Of a DNA stretch of 64,000 bases, positions 1 through 9,256 are shown piece by piece (within the stretch, counting starts at the first letter, position 1; every line of letters begins with the position of its first letter). This stretch comes from Armatimonadota bacterium (GTDB taxonomy: Bacteria; Armatimonadota; SYMT01), in assembly GCA_046292385.1 (NCBI GenBank), contig JBKBRF010000021.1, positions 50,668 to 114,667 on the forward strand, in the 5' to 3' direction. A program made the position numbers and the translations under genes. The notes beneath the pieces were generated by a model. That model saw only the letters and a program-made list of their open reading frames with translations. It did not search any database and was not told where the DNA came from.

Positions 1-162
1 CCGGCGGTCCGGACCGTTCGCCGGCGTGGGCGGCGGCGGAGCCGGGCGGGAGACTACCGCCACGATGCCGATCGTGAGCACGGCCAGGACTGCCGCGATC
101 AGGCCGGCCCGCGGCGGGCCGCCGGGGCGGACGGGAGAGGGTTCCGGCTTTTCCGTACTCAT
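1..162 (-). CDS. 5' part of a membrane-anchored/exported protein, truncated by the window edge (MSTEKPEPSPVRPGGPPRAGLIAAVLAVLTIGIVAVVSRPAPPPP...)
   Basis: ATG at 162 with AGGAG upstream; one hydrophobic segment then a Pro-rich linker; frame is open to base 1. Confidence 0.7.
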   Translation of the reverse strand, partial: MSTEKPEPSPVRPGGPPRAGLIAAVLAVLTIGIVAVVSRPAPPPPTPANGPDRR

Positions 163-495
163 AGCAGGCGTGCTCCTGGTGACGTGGCGCCACGGAGATT
201 CTACGATGAGCGCGGCGGGATGTCCCACTGGCTGGTGTGAGGTCCGAGAGAAGCGCGCTGCTGAAACTCCACGCCTCCGCGCCCTCGCATCTTCCGTCCC
301 GAAGTTCCCACCCCGTGCCCTCCCCGGACGGAGCGGCCCTCCCGCGTGAGTGGCCCTGCGCGGCCCTTTCACGCTCCGCCTCCGGCTTCGCTAGCGGGCG
401 CTACGGGCGTGCTACTCGCCGCGTTGCGCTCCGCGACCGATAGCGACGTCTTCGGCGAGACGGCGATTCACGGGCCGCTCCGTCCGGCTCAAGCA

Positions 496-597
496 GCCAC
501 CCCTCGCCAGGGGTGGCCACAAGGGGAACCCTTCGGACCTGCCTTCGGCACACCCTCCGGGCTCCGACGGCCGAACACGCTGGGACCGAAGGCAGGT
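496..597. repeat. Intergenic hairpins: GCCACCCCT-CGCC-AGGGGTGGC (496-517) and 12-bp inverted repeat ACCTGCCTTCGG / CCGAAGGCAGGT (537-548 / 586-597)
   Basis: Read directly from the sequence. Confidence 0.7.
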
Positions 598-651
598 TCG
601 TCGAGCGTCGGGCAGGTGCCGCCGCGCTGGCATGAGATACACTCCCCCGAG

Positions 652-1407
652 ATGAACACGTCCTTCTCCCGAATCGCTATTCAGGTCGCCGTCCCGCAGG
701 AGCTGGCGCCGCTGCGGCGGCTGCTCGGCGCCACCGCGGGGCCGGAGGGGCTGCGGAGGTGGTCGGCGGCGGCGGCGCAGGTGGGAGATCGGGAGGTGCT
801 GCTGCTCGCGAGCGGGATGGGCGCGCGGCGGGCGGCGGAGTGCGCGGCGGCGGTGCTGGACCACTGGCGGCCGGATCTGCTCCTGCCGGCCGGGGTCGCC
901 GGGGCGCTCTCCGCTACCCTGCGGATCGGCGATCTGGTCGTGGCGGACGCGGTGCTCTCGGGCGAGGAGTGGCTGCGCGCCTCGCTGGTGCCGAAGCTCA
1001 CCTCCAAGGGCGCCCACACTCGCAGCGGCGGCCTGCTCTCCCAGGACCAGGTGCTGATTGACGCGAGCGAGAAGAGAGCGGCCGCCGTGGAGCCGCTCCT
1101 CGCGGTGGAGATGGAAACCGCGGCCGCGGCGCGGCTCGCCATCGAGAAGGGCGTGGCGTGGGCGGCGGTGCGCGCCGTCTCCGATACGGCGGACGAGAGT
1201 CTCCCCCTGGACTTCAACCTCCTGCGGGACGAGAGCGGCGACCTCCCCACCGCGCGCGTGGCGCTCGCCGCGCTGCGGCGGCCGGGGTCTATTCCGGGAC
1301 TGGTCCGCCTGGGCGGAAACACCTCGCGGGCCGCCGCGGCGCTCGCTGCGGCACTGCAGGGCTGGCTGGATGCCGGCTGCCCCGCCCGGCTCGCCGCGCC
1401 GCGTTGA
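652..1407 (+). CDS. Nucleoside phosphorylase / MTA-SAH nucleosidase family protein (HpnG-like)
   Basis: SGMG, GVAGAL..L.IGDLVVAD, AVEMETAA and VRAVSD motifs; start placed at ATG 652 rather than at the ORF-track start 346. Confidence 0.8.
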   Translation: MNTSFSRIAIQVAVPQELAPLRRLLGATAGPEGLRRWSAAAAQVGDREVLLLASGMGARRAAECAAAVLDHWRPDLLLPAGVAGALSATLRIGDLVVADAVLSGEEWLRASLVPKLTSKGAHTRSGGLLSQDQVLIDASEKRAAAVEPLLAVEMETAAAARLAIEKGVAWAAVRAVSDTADESLPLDFNLLRDESGDLPTARVALAALRRPGSIPGLVRLGGNTSRAAAALAAALQGWLDAGCPARLAAPR

Positions 1408-1622
1408 CTCGCTCCCGGAATCCCGGCATACTCACGTGGAGCAGGCAAGCTTTCGGTTTCTGTGGCTGGCCTCGCCGTGATTCGAAAGTGAGTCCCTCTC
1501 ACGCCAGCTCGTATTGCGTAGTGCGTATTCCGTAGCGGGCGGCTTCGCGCTCGCAGCGAGGACAGCGTGCCGGGCGATACGCCGCGCCGGCCGCCGCGCA
1601 ATTCGCGATACGCACTACCCCC

Positions 1623-2951
1623 ATGCCCCGCCCTCTCCTCACCCCGCTCCTCGTCGCCGTCCTGCTCGCTCCGGCTGCGTCGGTGGCGCAGGACGCTGCT
1701 CCCGCGGTCCTGACCCCGGAGGAGGCGGTCCGGATCGCGATCCGGCAGAGCCCGACGCTCGAGGTGGCGCGGCGGGAGCGGAACGTCGACCTGTTGGAGG
1801 CGGACCGCAACCGTCCGGGGTTCCGGCCGGAGGTCTCCGCCACCGTCTCGCAGATCCTGCGCGCGCCGCAGGTCGATCTCCCCGGCCGCCGGGACGCGGT
1901 GGTGCTGCCGAACTCGATCTCCCGCTTCGAGGTGGGGCTGAAGACTCCGCTCTACCAGTTCGGCGCCGGCAGCGCTCCGGGCGCGCGGGCCGACGCAATG
2001 GCGGCGGCGGCGCGCAGCGAGTACGACCAGGCGGTGCTCGATCTCGCTCTCCAGGTACGGGAGAGCTATCTCGACCTGCTGCGCGCGCAGGCGTTCGCGG
2101 AGGTTGCGCGTCGCGGCCTGGCGCTGGCCCGAGAGCACGTGGAGCAGACGAAGCTGCTGGAGTCGCGGGGGCTCCAGGCGGCGGTCGACGTGCTCCAGGC
2201 GCAGCGCTCCGAAGCGGAGGCGGAGAGCAGCCTGCTGAAGGCGGAGCACGGCGTCGTCCTGGCGCGGGCGAACGTCAACCGGGTGCTCGGACGGGAGCTC
2301 GAGACCGCGTTCTCCCCCGCGGATCCGGAGGCGCTCCCGGGTGAGCCGGAGCCGGTCTCGGTGCTGGCGGCGCGGGCCATCGCCGAGCGGCCGGAGATCG
2401 CGCTGCTGCGGCACCAGATCGAGGCGGCGGAGGCGGGGATCAGGCTCGCCCGTGCCGCGCGGCAGCCGCGGGTCGATCTCGACGTCGCCTACGCGCTCCA
2501 GACCGAGACGGCGCTCGTCCCGCGCAGCGGCATCGCCGCCGGGGTGAGTCTGCGGGTGCCGATCTTCGACAGCGCCGTCCACCGGTATACCGTCCGCGAA
2601 GCGGAGGAGCGCCTCGCACAGCTCCGGAGCGCCCTTCGCGCCGCAGAGCAGGGCGTGGAGCTGGAGGTGACGCGGGAGCGCCTCGGCATGGAAGAAGCGC
2701 GCAGCCGCATCCGGACCACGGAGCGCGCCGTCACCGCCGCGGAAGAGGTCCTCTCCATCGCGCGGCTCCGCCTGGAGCGCGGGCATGCGGTGCAGCTGGA
2801 GGTGGAGAACGCCCGGCTGGCGCTCCAGCGGGCGCTGACAGACCGCGCCGCCGCGGAGCTCGACCTGCGCCTCGCCCGGGCCCGTCTCGACCGCGCGCTC
2901 GGCCTTGGCGTGCCGGCCGGAGCGGTGGAAGCGGAGTCCGCGCCGCGTTAG
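1623..2951 (+). CDS. TolC-family outer membrane efflux protein
   Basis: Signal peptide; two OEP repeats (LTPEEAVRIAI; RPEI...ARAARQPRVDL; GVSLRVPIFD); first gene of an RND operon. Confidence 0.9.
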   Translation: MPRPLLTPLLVAVLLAPAASVAQDAAPAVLTPEEAVRIAIRQSPTLEVARRERNVDLLEADRNRPGFRPEVSATVSQILRAPQVDLPGRRDAVVLPNSISRFEVGLKTPLYQFGAGSAPGARADAMAAAARSEYDQAVLDLALQVRESYLDLLRAQAFAEVARRGLALAREHVEQTKLLESRGLQAAVDVLQAQRSEAEAESSLLKAEHGVVLARANVNRVLGRELETAFSPADPEALPGEPEPVSVLAARAIAERPEIALLRHQIEAAEAGIRLARAARQPRVDLDVAYALQTETALVPRSGIAAGVSLRVPIFDSAVHRYTVREAEERLAQLRSALRAAEQGVELEVTRERLGMEEARSRIRTTERAVTAAEEVLSIARLRLERGHAVQLEVENARLALQRALTDRAAAELDLRLARARLDRALGLGVPAGAVEAESAPR

Positions 2952-3052
2952 GCACCGATCCGCGTTTCCGCTGAACGCGCGAGGGCTTCTCCACGTAATA
3001 TAATGGGCACGCTGCCGGAGGAGCCGCCGGCGCGCCACGCCCCGGTGCTTTC

Positions 3053-4705
3053 ATGAACGTCCGAACCATTCTCGTCCCCGTGCTCGGGGCTCTCCTGCTC
3101 GGCGCGGCGGTGTACCCCGTGCTCTCGCGCCGCGAAGACCCGGTGCGGCCGGTCGATGCCCAGTCGGCGGAGGCCCCGATCGTGCGCACGGCGCCGGTAA
3201 CTCGCCGCGCCATGTCGCGGGAGATCCTCCTCACCGGCCAGCTCAAGAGCGGCAGCGAGGCCTCGCTCTCGCCCAAGCTCGGCGGCCGGGTGCTGGCGGT
3301 GCTCGTAGCGGAGGGACAGGCGGTGCGCGCGGGCGACGTGCTGCTGCGGATCGATACCTCGGACGCGCAGGGACAGGTCGACCAGGCTGCGGCCGGTGTC
3401 GCGGCGGCACGCGCGGCGCTCCAGAAAGCGCGCGAGGGACTGCGGCTCAAAGAGATCGACGTCGAGCGCCGCGTGCGGGAGGCGGAGCGCGGCGTGGAGC
3501 AGGCGAAGCTGGCGCAGGAGCGGGCCGAGGCGGGGATGACGCTGCAGCGGAAGGCGCTGGGGGCCGACGTCCAGCGCGCCTCCGCGGGCGTGGATGCCGC
3601 GCGCAGCGCCCTGGCCCGCGCGAAGAAGGGTGCCACGCCGGAGCAGCGGCGCCAGGCAGAGATCCAGCTCCGCCAGGCGGAGCGCGGCCTGGAGCAGGCG
3701 AAGAAGAGCCTGGACGACGTCCAGTTCCTGGCGGACCGCGGCGGACTGCCGCGCATCCAGCTCGACCAGGCCCGCGAAGGCTATAAGAAGGCGGAAGACG
3801 GCGTGGAGCTCGCCCGCGCGCAGCTCCAGGCGCTGGAGCGGGGCGCCTCCGCGGAAGAGATCGCCGCGGCCGAAGCGCAGCTCCGCTCCGCGGAGTCGGG
3901 CCTCCAGGCGGCGCGGGCCGCGGCCGGACGCGGCGAGATCGATGACGCGGAGCTGGCGGTGGTCCGCAGCCAGGTCCGGCAGGCGGAGGACGGGCTGAAG
4001 ACCGCGATCGCAGCCCGCGCGGAGCTGCGCGTGGCCCGGGAAGATGTCCGCGCGGCCGAGGCGGCGCTCTTGCAGGCGCAGGCCGGGCACCGGCTGGCAC
4101 GGCAGCAGCTCGACAGCGGCGCGCTGCTGAGCCCGATCGACGGCACCGTGACCGCGGTGCGCGTGAACGCCGGGGAAATGGCCGGGCCCGGGATGCCGGC
4201 GGTGACCGTCGTCTCCCGCACCGGCGCCTATCTCGAAGCGGGCGCACCGGCCCGCCACCTCTCCGCGCTCCGGCCGGGGCTGCCGGTGCAGGTGTCGCTC
4301 GACGCCTCCCGTGACCGCACCTTCCCGGGCACGGTCCGCACCGTCGACACGGTCGCCGGACCGGACGGTCGCACCTTCCCGGTCAAGATCGACGTCACGG
4401 CGCCCGCCGCGGAGCTGAAGCCGGGAGCGCGCGCGCGGGCAACGGTCCGTGCCGCCGCAGACGCTCCGGGGCTCGCCGTCCCGCTCGACGCGCTGCGGTA
4501 CGAAGGGGAGCGCACCAGTGTCTGGACCGTTCGGGACGGCCACCTCGCGGAAGTGCCGGTTTCGGTCGCGATGCAGGAAGGCGGGTACGCGCTGGTCGAC
4601 CCCAGGGGAGCGGAGCTGGAGCCGGGCGTGCCGGTGGTGCTCTCCGGCGCCGTCGGAGTAGCACCCGGAGACCCGGTGCGGGTGCGCGGAGAGGCGGCTC
4701 GCTAA
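3053..4705 (+). CDS. RND efflux periplasmic adaptor (membrane fusion protein) with a long coiled coil
   Basis: N-terminal TM; lipoyl halves GGRVLAVLVAEGQAVRAGDVLL and SPIDGTV; LKPG...AVPLDAL C-terminus. Confidence 0.9.
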   Translation: MNVRTILVPVLGALLLGAAVYPVLSRREDPVRPVDAQSAEAPIVRTAPVTRRAMSREILLTGQLKSGSEASLSPKLGGRVLAVLVAEGQAVRAGDVLLRIDTSDAQGQVDQAAAGVAAARAALQKAREGLRLKEIDVERRVREAERGVEQAKLAQERAEAGMTLQRKALGADVQRASAGVDAARSALARAKKGATPEQRRQAEIQLRQAERGLEQAKKSLDDVQFLADRGGLPRIQLDQAREGYKKAEDGVELARAQLQALERGASAEEIAAAEAQLRSAESGLQAARAAAGRGEIDDAELAVVRSQVRQAEDGLKTAIAARAELRVAREDVRAAEAALLQAQAGHRLARQQLDSGALLSPIDGTVTAVRVNAGEMAGPGMPAVTVVSRTGAYLEAGAPARHLSALRPGLPVQVSLDASRDRTFPGTVRTVDTVAGPDGRTFPVKIDVTAPAAELKPGARARATVRAAADAPGLAVPLDALRYEGERTSVWTVRDGHLAEVPVSVAMQEGGYALVDPRGAELEPGVPVVLSGAVGVAPGDPVRVRGEAAR

Positions 4706-4709
4706 TCCG

Positions 4710-7700
4710 ATGAACCTGACTCGCTTCTGCATCCAGCGCCCGATCGCGCTGATGATGGTGATCGGCGCGATCCTGATCCTCGGCTGGCGGGCCCAGATGG
4801 GGATGCCGGCGGAGCTCGACCCCCGGGTCGATATTCCGGTGATCAACGTCGTCACCCTCTACCCCGGCGCCGGCCCGGAAGAGGTGGAGCAGCGGGTCAC
4901 CCGTCCAATTGAAGAAGCGGTCGGAGCGATCGGGAACATCGAAGAAGTCGATTCCCGCTCCCTGGAGAGCGTCTCGTTCGTCACCGTCCGGTTGAAGCTC
5001 GGCACGAACCTCGACTCGGCCGCGGCCGACATTCGCTCGAAGGTGGAGGCGGCCCGGCGGGAGCTGCCGGACGGCGCGGAAGCGCCGCTGATCGAGAAAT
5101 TCGACTACAACGCCCGCCCGGTGCTGGTGCTCGGCGTTACCGGCGCCCAGTCAGCGGAGCAGCTCCGGCGCCTGGTAGACGAGCAGATCCGCACCCGGAT
5201 CGGGCAGGTGGCCGGGGTCGGCAGCGTGCAGATCGTCGGAGGCCGCCGCCGTGAGGTGCGGGTGGAGGTCGACCCCCAGCGCCTGGAAGAGCACGGCCTC
5301 ACCCTGCTGGACCTCCTCCGTCCGCTGAAGACCGCGTCCCAGTCCGCTCCGGCGGGAAGCCTGTCGCAGGGAGATCGCGACGTCTCGGTCCGGCTCCTCG
5401 GCGAGTTCGAGTCGCTGGAGGAGATCCGCAGCATCCCGATTCCGCCGCCCGATCCGGGCATGCCGGCCGACCCCCGCATGCTGGCGCTCGCCGGCCCGCC
5501 GGCGCCTTCCGCTCCGCTCCGCCTGCGCGATGTCGCGACGGTGACGGAGGGGGCGGAAGAGCGGACGCAGATCACCCGCGTGGGCCGCCGGGAAAGCATC
5601 GGCATCATCGTCTCCCGGGTGCCGGACGCCAACTCCGTGGAAGTGGCAGACGGTGTGAAGGCGGCGCTGGAAGAGCTCCGCCCCACCCTGCCGGAGCGCG
5701 TGCGGATCGGCGTGCTGCAGGACCACTCGATCGCCGTGGGCGACGCGCTGGAAGATATCAACGTCGCGCTGATCCTCGGGGCGCTGCTGGCGGTGGTGGT
5801 GGTCTGGCTGTTCCTGCACAGCTTCAAAGACACGCTGATCATCGCGCTCTCGATCCCGACCTCCATCGTCGGGACGTTCCTGGTGATGTACTTCGCCGGG
5901 TTCAGCCTGAACCAGATGACGATGCTGGCGCTCTCCCTGTCGGTCGGCATCCTCATCGACGACAGCATCCTGATCCTGGAGTCGATCCACCGGCACCGGG
6001 AGATGGGGAAGTCGCCGGTCGACGCGGCGCTGGACGGCCGCGCGGAGATCGGGCTCGCGGACGCGGCGAATACGTTCGTCGACGTGATCGTCTTCCTCCC
6101 CATCGCGTTCATGGGCGGGATCGTGGGCCAGTTCTTCATGCAGTTCGGGCTCACGATCGTCACGGCGTCGCTCGCCTCGCTCTACATCTCCTTCACACTC
6201 ACGCCGATGCTGGCGGCGCGCTGGTTCCGGCGCGAAGAGATGCTCCAGGACCGCCGGGGCGCCTTCGCCCGGTGGTTCGACGCCCAGTACCAGAAGCTGG
6301 AGCAGCTCTACGGGCGCTCCCTCGGTTGGGCGCTGCGCCACCGGCTGGCGGTGGTGACCGGCGGCTTCGGCTCGCTGGCACTGGTCGGCTTCCTGGGGTG
6401 GCAGGTGATTGGCTTCGACTTCACCCCCTCCGTCGACCGTGGCCAGGTCACCGTGCTCGTAGAACTGCCCCCCGGCGCTTCTCTCGCCGCTACGGACCGG
6501 CTCGTTCAGCAGGTAGAGGCCGCTGCGGTGCGCATTCCGGAGGTCGATGCGGACCGGATGCTCACCAGCGTCGGCGAGATCATCGGCGGCTTCGGCTCGA
6601 TACCGGACCGGGGGTCGCAGTTCGCCCAGGTCACGCTGATGCTGCGAGACAAGGCCGGCCTGGCCGAGCGGCTCCTCGATCCGCTCGGCACCGGCGCTTA
6701 CCGTCATCGCAGCGACGAGGACGTGGCGCGGGAGCTGCGGCAGCGGCTGCACGAGGTGGTAGGAGCGGAGCGGATCCAGGTGGCGGCGGTCCGGGGGATG
6801 ACTTCCTCGCTCGCGCCGCTGCAGATCGGGATCTACGGCAACGACCTCCCGGCGCTGGAGCGCGTCTCCGAGGAGATCCGGCGGCGCCTGGCGACGGTGC
6901 CGACGCTGCAGAACGTCGATAGCTCCCTCCGCCGCGGAAAGCCGGAGCTGCAGGTGCGGATCGACCGGGAGCGCGCGGACGAGCTCTTCGTCTCTCCCGC
7001 CGAAGTGGCGGGCGTGGTGCGCACCGCGATCTCCGGCAATACCGACCTCCGCTTCCGCGAGGGCGACCAGAGCCACCCGGTCCGCCTGATGCTGGCGCGG
7101 AACGGATCCTCCGGGCTCACCGCCGATCCGGACGACCTGCGCGGCCTCTTGGTGGCGCAGCGGGGCCCCAGCCCCGTCTACCTGGACGACGTGGCGACCG
7201 TCGGCCGCGGTGAGGGGCCCACCAAGATCATGCGCTCGCAGCAGACGCGGCGCGTGGTGATCACCTCTCACGTGCTGGAGGGAGTTTCGCTCGGCGCCGC
7301 GCGCGCGCAGGCCGCGGAGGCGCTGGAGGGGCTGGACGCCGCCGGGGTGCGCTGGACGTGGGAGGGCGACGTGAACGAGATGGATGAGAGCTCCGCATTG
7401 ATGGCGGGGGCGATCATCCTCGCCATCGTGCTCTCCTACATGCTCATGGCGGCGCTGTTCAACAACATGCTCCACCCGTTCACCATCATCCTGAGCGTGC
7501 CGATGGCGCTGGTGGGAGCCCTGCTCGGCCTGATCTACACCGACACCACGATGAACCTGGTCTCGATGATCGGCATCGTGATGCTGGTCGGCCTGGTGGC
7601 AAAGAACGCGATCCTGCTGGTCGACTACACCAACACGCTCCGCGAGCGCGGCCTGAGCCGGGATGCCGCGGTACAGGCTGCCGGCCCCGTGCGCCTGCGG

Positions 7701-7979
7701 CCGATCCTGATGACCACCGTCTCCACCGTCATCGCCACGCTGCCGGTCGCGCTTCAGATCGGGCGCGGCAGCGAGATCCGCTCCCCGATGGCGATCGTGG
7801 TGATCGGCGGCCTGCTGCTCTCTACGCTCCTCACCCTGCTCGTCATTCCGGTGATGTACACCTACCTGGACGACTTCGCCAGCCGCTTCAGCAAGGGCGG
7901 CGGCGACGGATCGGATGCCTCACTCGGGATGTCGTCGAGCGAGCTGCCGGCGGATGACCGGCCGGTGAGCGTGGGGTAG
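4710..7979 (+). CDS. AcrB/AcrD/AcrF-family RND permease
   Basis: 1089 aa; YPGAGPEEVE, GILIDDSI, KNAILLVD and RLRPILMT motifs. Confidence 0.95.
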   Translation: MNLTRFCIQRPIALMMVIGAILILGWRAQMGMPAELDPRVDIPVINVVTLYPGAGPEEVEQRVTRPIEEAVGAIGNIEEVDSRSLESVSFVTVRLKLGTNLDSAAADIRSKVEAARRELPDGAEAPLIEKFDYNARPVLVLGVTGAQSAEQLRRLVDEQIRTRIGQVAGVGSVQIVGGRRREVRVEVDPQRLEEHGLTLLDLLRPLKTASQSAPAGSLSQGDRDVSVRLLGEFESLEEIRSIPIPPPDPGMPADPRMLALAGPPAPSAPLRLRDVATVTEGAEERTQITRVGRRESIGIIVSRVPDANSVEVADGVKAALEELRPTLPERVRIGVLQDHSIAVGDALEDINVALILGALLAVVVVWLFLHSFKDTLIIALSIPTSIVGTFLVMYFAGFSLNQMTMLALSLSVGILIDDSILILESIHRHREMGKSPVDAALDGRAEIGLADAANTFVDVIVFLPIAFMGGIVGQFFMQFGLTIVTASLASLYISFTLTPMLAARWFRREEMLQDRRGAFARWFDAQYQKLEQLYGRSLGWALRHRLAVVTGGFGSLALVGFLGWQVIGFDFTPSVDRGQVTVLVELPPGASLAATDRLVQQVEAAAVRIPEVDADRMLTSVGEIIGGFGSIPDRGSQFAQVTLMLRDKAGLAERLLDPLGTGAYRHRSDEDVARELRQRLHEVVGAERIQVAAVRGMTSSLAPLQIGIYGNDLPALERVSEEIRRRLATVPTLQNVDSSLRRGKPELQVRIDRERADELFVSPAEVAGVVRTAISGNTDLRFREGDQSHPVRLMLARNGSSGLTADPDDLRGLLVAQRGPSPVYLDDVATVGRGEGPTKIMRSQQTRRVVITSHVLEGVSLGAARAQAAEALEGLDAAGVRWTWEGDVNEMDESSALMAGAIILAIVLSYMLMAALFNNMLHPFTIILSVPMALVGALLGLIYTDTTMNLVSMIGIVMLVGLVAKNAILLVDYTNTLRERGLSRDAAVQAAGPVRLRPILMTTVSTVIATLPVALQIGRGSEIRSPMAIVVIGGLLLSTLLTLLVIPVMYTYLDDFASRFSKGGGDGSDASLGMSSSELPADDRPVSVG

Positions 7980-8157
7980 CACAGACCGGTATCCGCACTC
8001 CGGGACCGGCGGGGCGTCCGGCTCCGCACGCGCTCCGCTTACGAATCCCTGGCGCCGTTCAGGCGAGGACGGCAGGGTCGTTCCACGTCCGTCTGCGGCC
8101 ACCCTCACAGCCACCCGAAATCGTGTTGCCGTTCTACTGCGGATAGGATAGGCTCCC

Positions 8158-8180
8158 TAATAGGATAAAGATGTCCTATT
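8158..8180. promoter_or_regulatory. Operator palindrome TAATAGGA-N7-TCCTATTA upstream of the DoxX-like gene
   Basis: Perfect 8-7-8 AT-rich inverted repeat in GC-rich DNA; near-identical copy at 9167-9189. Confidence 0.75.
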
Positions 8181-8243
8181 AATCCTGTTCCGGGGCGTTG
8201 CCACGGAGCCCGGAGCAGAACCTCACAAGGGAGGACCACGCAG

Positions 8244-8678
8244 ATGGCACAGGTTTCACACGAAGCGGCCGGAGCCCCGGGGATCCAGGCTCAGGTACAC
8301 GACCCCGCGCACCAGGCTTACCAGATCCTGCGACTCGCCTTTACGGTCGCGCCAATCGTGGCGGGCGCAGACAAGTTCCTCGGCCTGCTCACCAATTGGG
8401 AGCGCTACCTCAGCCCGCCGGTAGCCAGCCTCGTGGGAGGAAACGGGCATACGCTGATGCTCGGAGTCGGGGTCGTCGAGATCGCCGCGGGGCTGCTAGT
8501 CGCGTTCAAGCCGCGTATCGGGGGCTATGTGGTCGCGGCCTGGCTCGCGGGCATCATCGTCAACCTGCTGCTCATCCCCGGCTTCTATGACGTTGCCTTC
8601 CGAGACTTCGGCCTCGCTCTGGCGGCGCTGGCACTCGCCCGGCTCAGCCTGGCGTACCCGGACCCGACGGGCCGGTGA
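8244..8678 (+). CDS. DoxX-like small membrane protein
   Basis: GGAGG RBS; 4 hydrophobic segments; GADKF, GVVEIAAG and RDFGL motifs. Confidence 0.75.
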   Translation: MAQVSHEAAGAPGIQAQVHDPAHQAYQILRLAFTVAPIVAGADKFLGLLTNWERYLSPPVASLVGGNGHTLMLGVGVVEIAAGLLVAFKPRIGGYVVAAWLAGIIVNLLLIPGFYDVAFRDFGLALAALALARLSLAYPDPTGR

Positions 8679-9078
8679 GCGCGCAGGAGTTGCTCAGGAG
8701 GTCGGAGATATGCACTTGCTCCAGCTCCGCGCCGAAGCGCGCCTCGATCCGGCTCCAGAGCCGGAAGACAGGGCAGTCCGGGTTCAGGGGACATCCCTTG
8801 CCGCGGCGCGGGCACCGCTGAAAGCGGAGCGGCCCCTGCATCGCTTCCACCACCTGGCGCAGGTGGATCTCGGTGGGATCCGGGAGCAAGCGGACCCCAC
8901 CCCGCCGCCCACGCGTGGTCTCAACCAGGCCCGCGCGGGCAAGGGCCTGGATCACTTTGGCCAGATGCGGCGCCGGGATGCCGGTGCGGCGGGCGATGTC
9001 TTCAACCCGACCGTCGGGGTGCTTAGCGAGATCGACCAGGGCACGCACTGCGTAGTCTTCGGTTTGTCCTAACTGCAT
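8644..9078 (-). CDS. Rrf2-family transcriptional regulator (NsrR/IscR-like, 3 Cys)
   Basis: DYAVRAL N-terminus; HTH and wing TRGRRGG; C-x6-C-x5-C (CPRRGKGCPLNPDC); GGAG RBS. Confidence 0.92.
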   Translation of the reverse strand: MQLGQTEDYAVRALVDLAKHPDGRVEDIARRTGIPAPHLAKVIQALARAGLVETTRGRRGGVRLLPDPTEIHLRQVVEAMQGPLRFQRCPRRGKGCPLNPDCPVFRLWSRIEARFGAELEQVHISDLLSNSCALTGPSGPGTPG

Positions 9079-9166
9079 CGTCTGCTCCCCGGCTCCTGAT
9101 CTCTAGCGACCGTCCATCTACTTCATTGTTACCGCAGGGGGCGTGGGAGAGCGGCGCTCAGGCGAA

Positions 9167-9189
9167 TAAAAGGAAACACTCTCCTTTAA
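9167..9189. promoter_or_regulatory. Operator palindrome TAAAAGGA-N7-TCCTTTAA in the divergent Rrf2 / cytochrome promoter region
   Basis: Same half-sites and spacing as 8158-8180. Confidence 0.7.
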
Positions 9190-9256
9190 TTCCATTAATC
9201 GCCGGCGGTACCCCGCAAGCTCCGTTCCCCGCCCCCGAACCCGAAAGGAAGAGGTT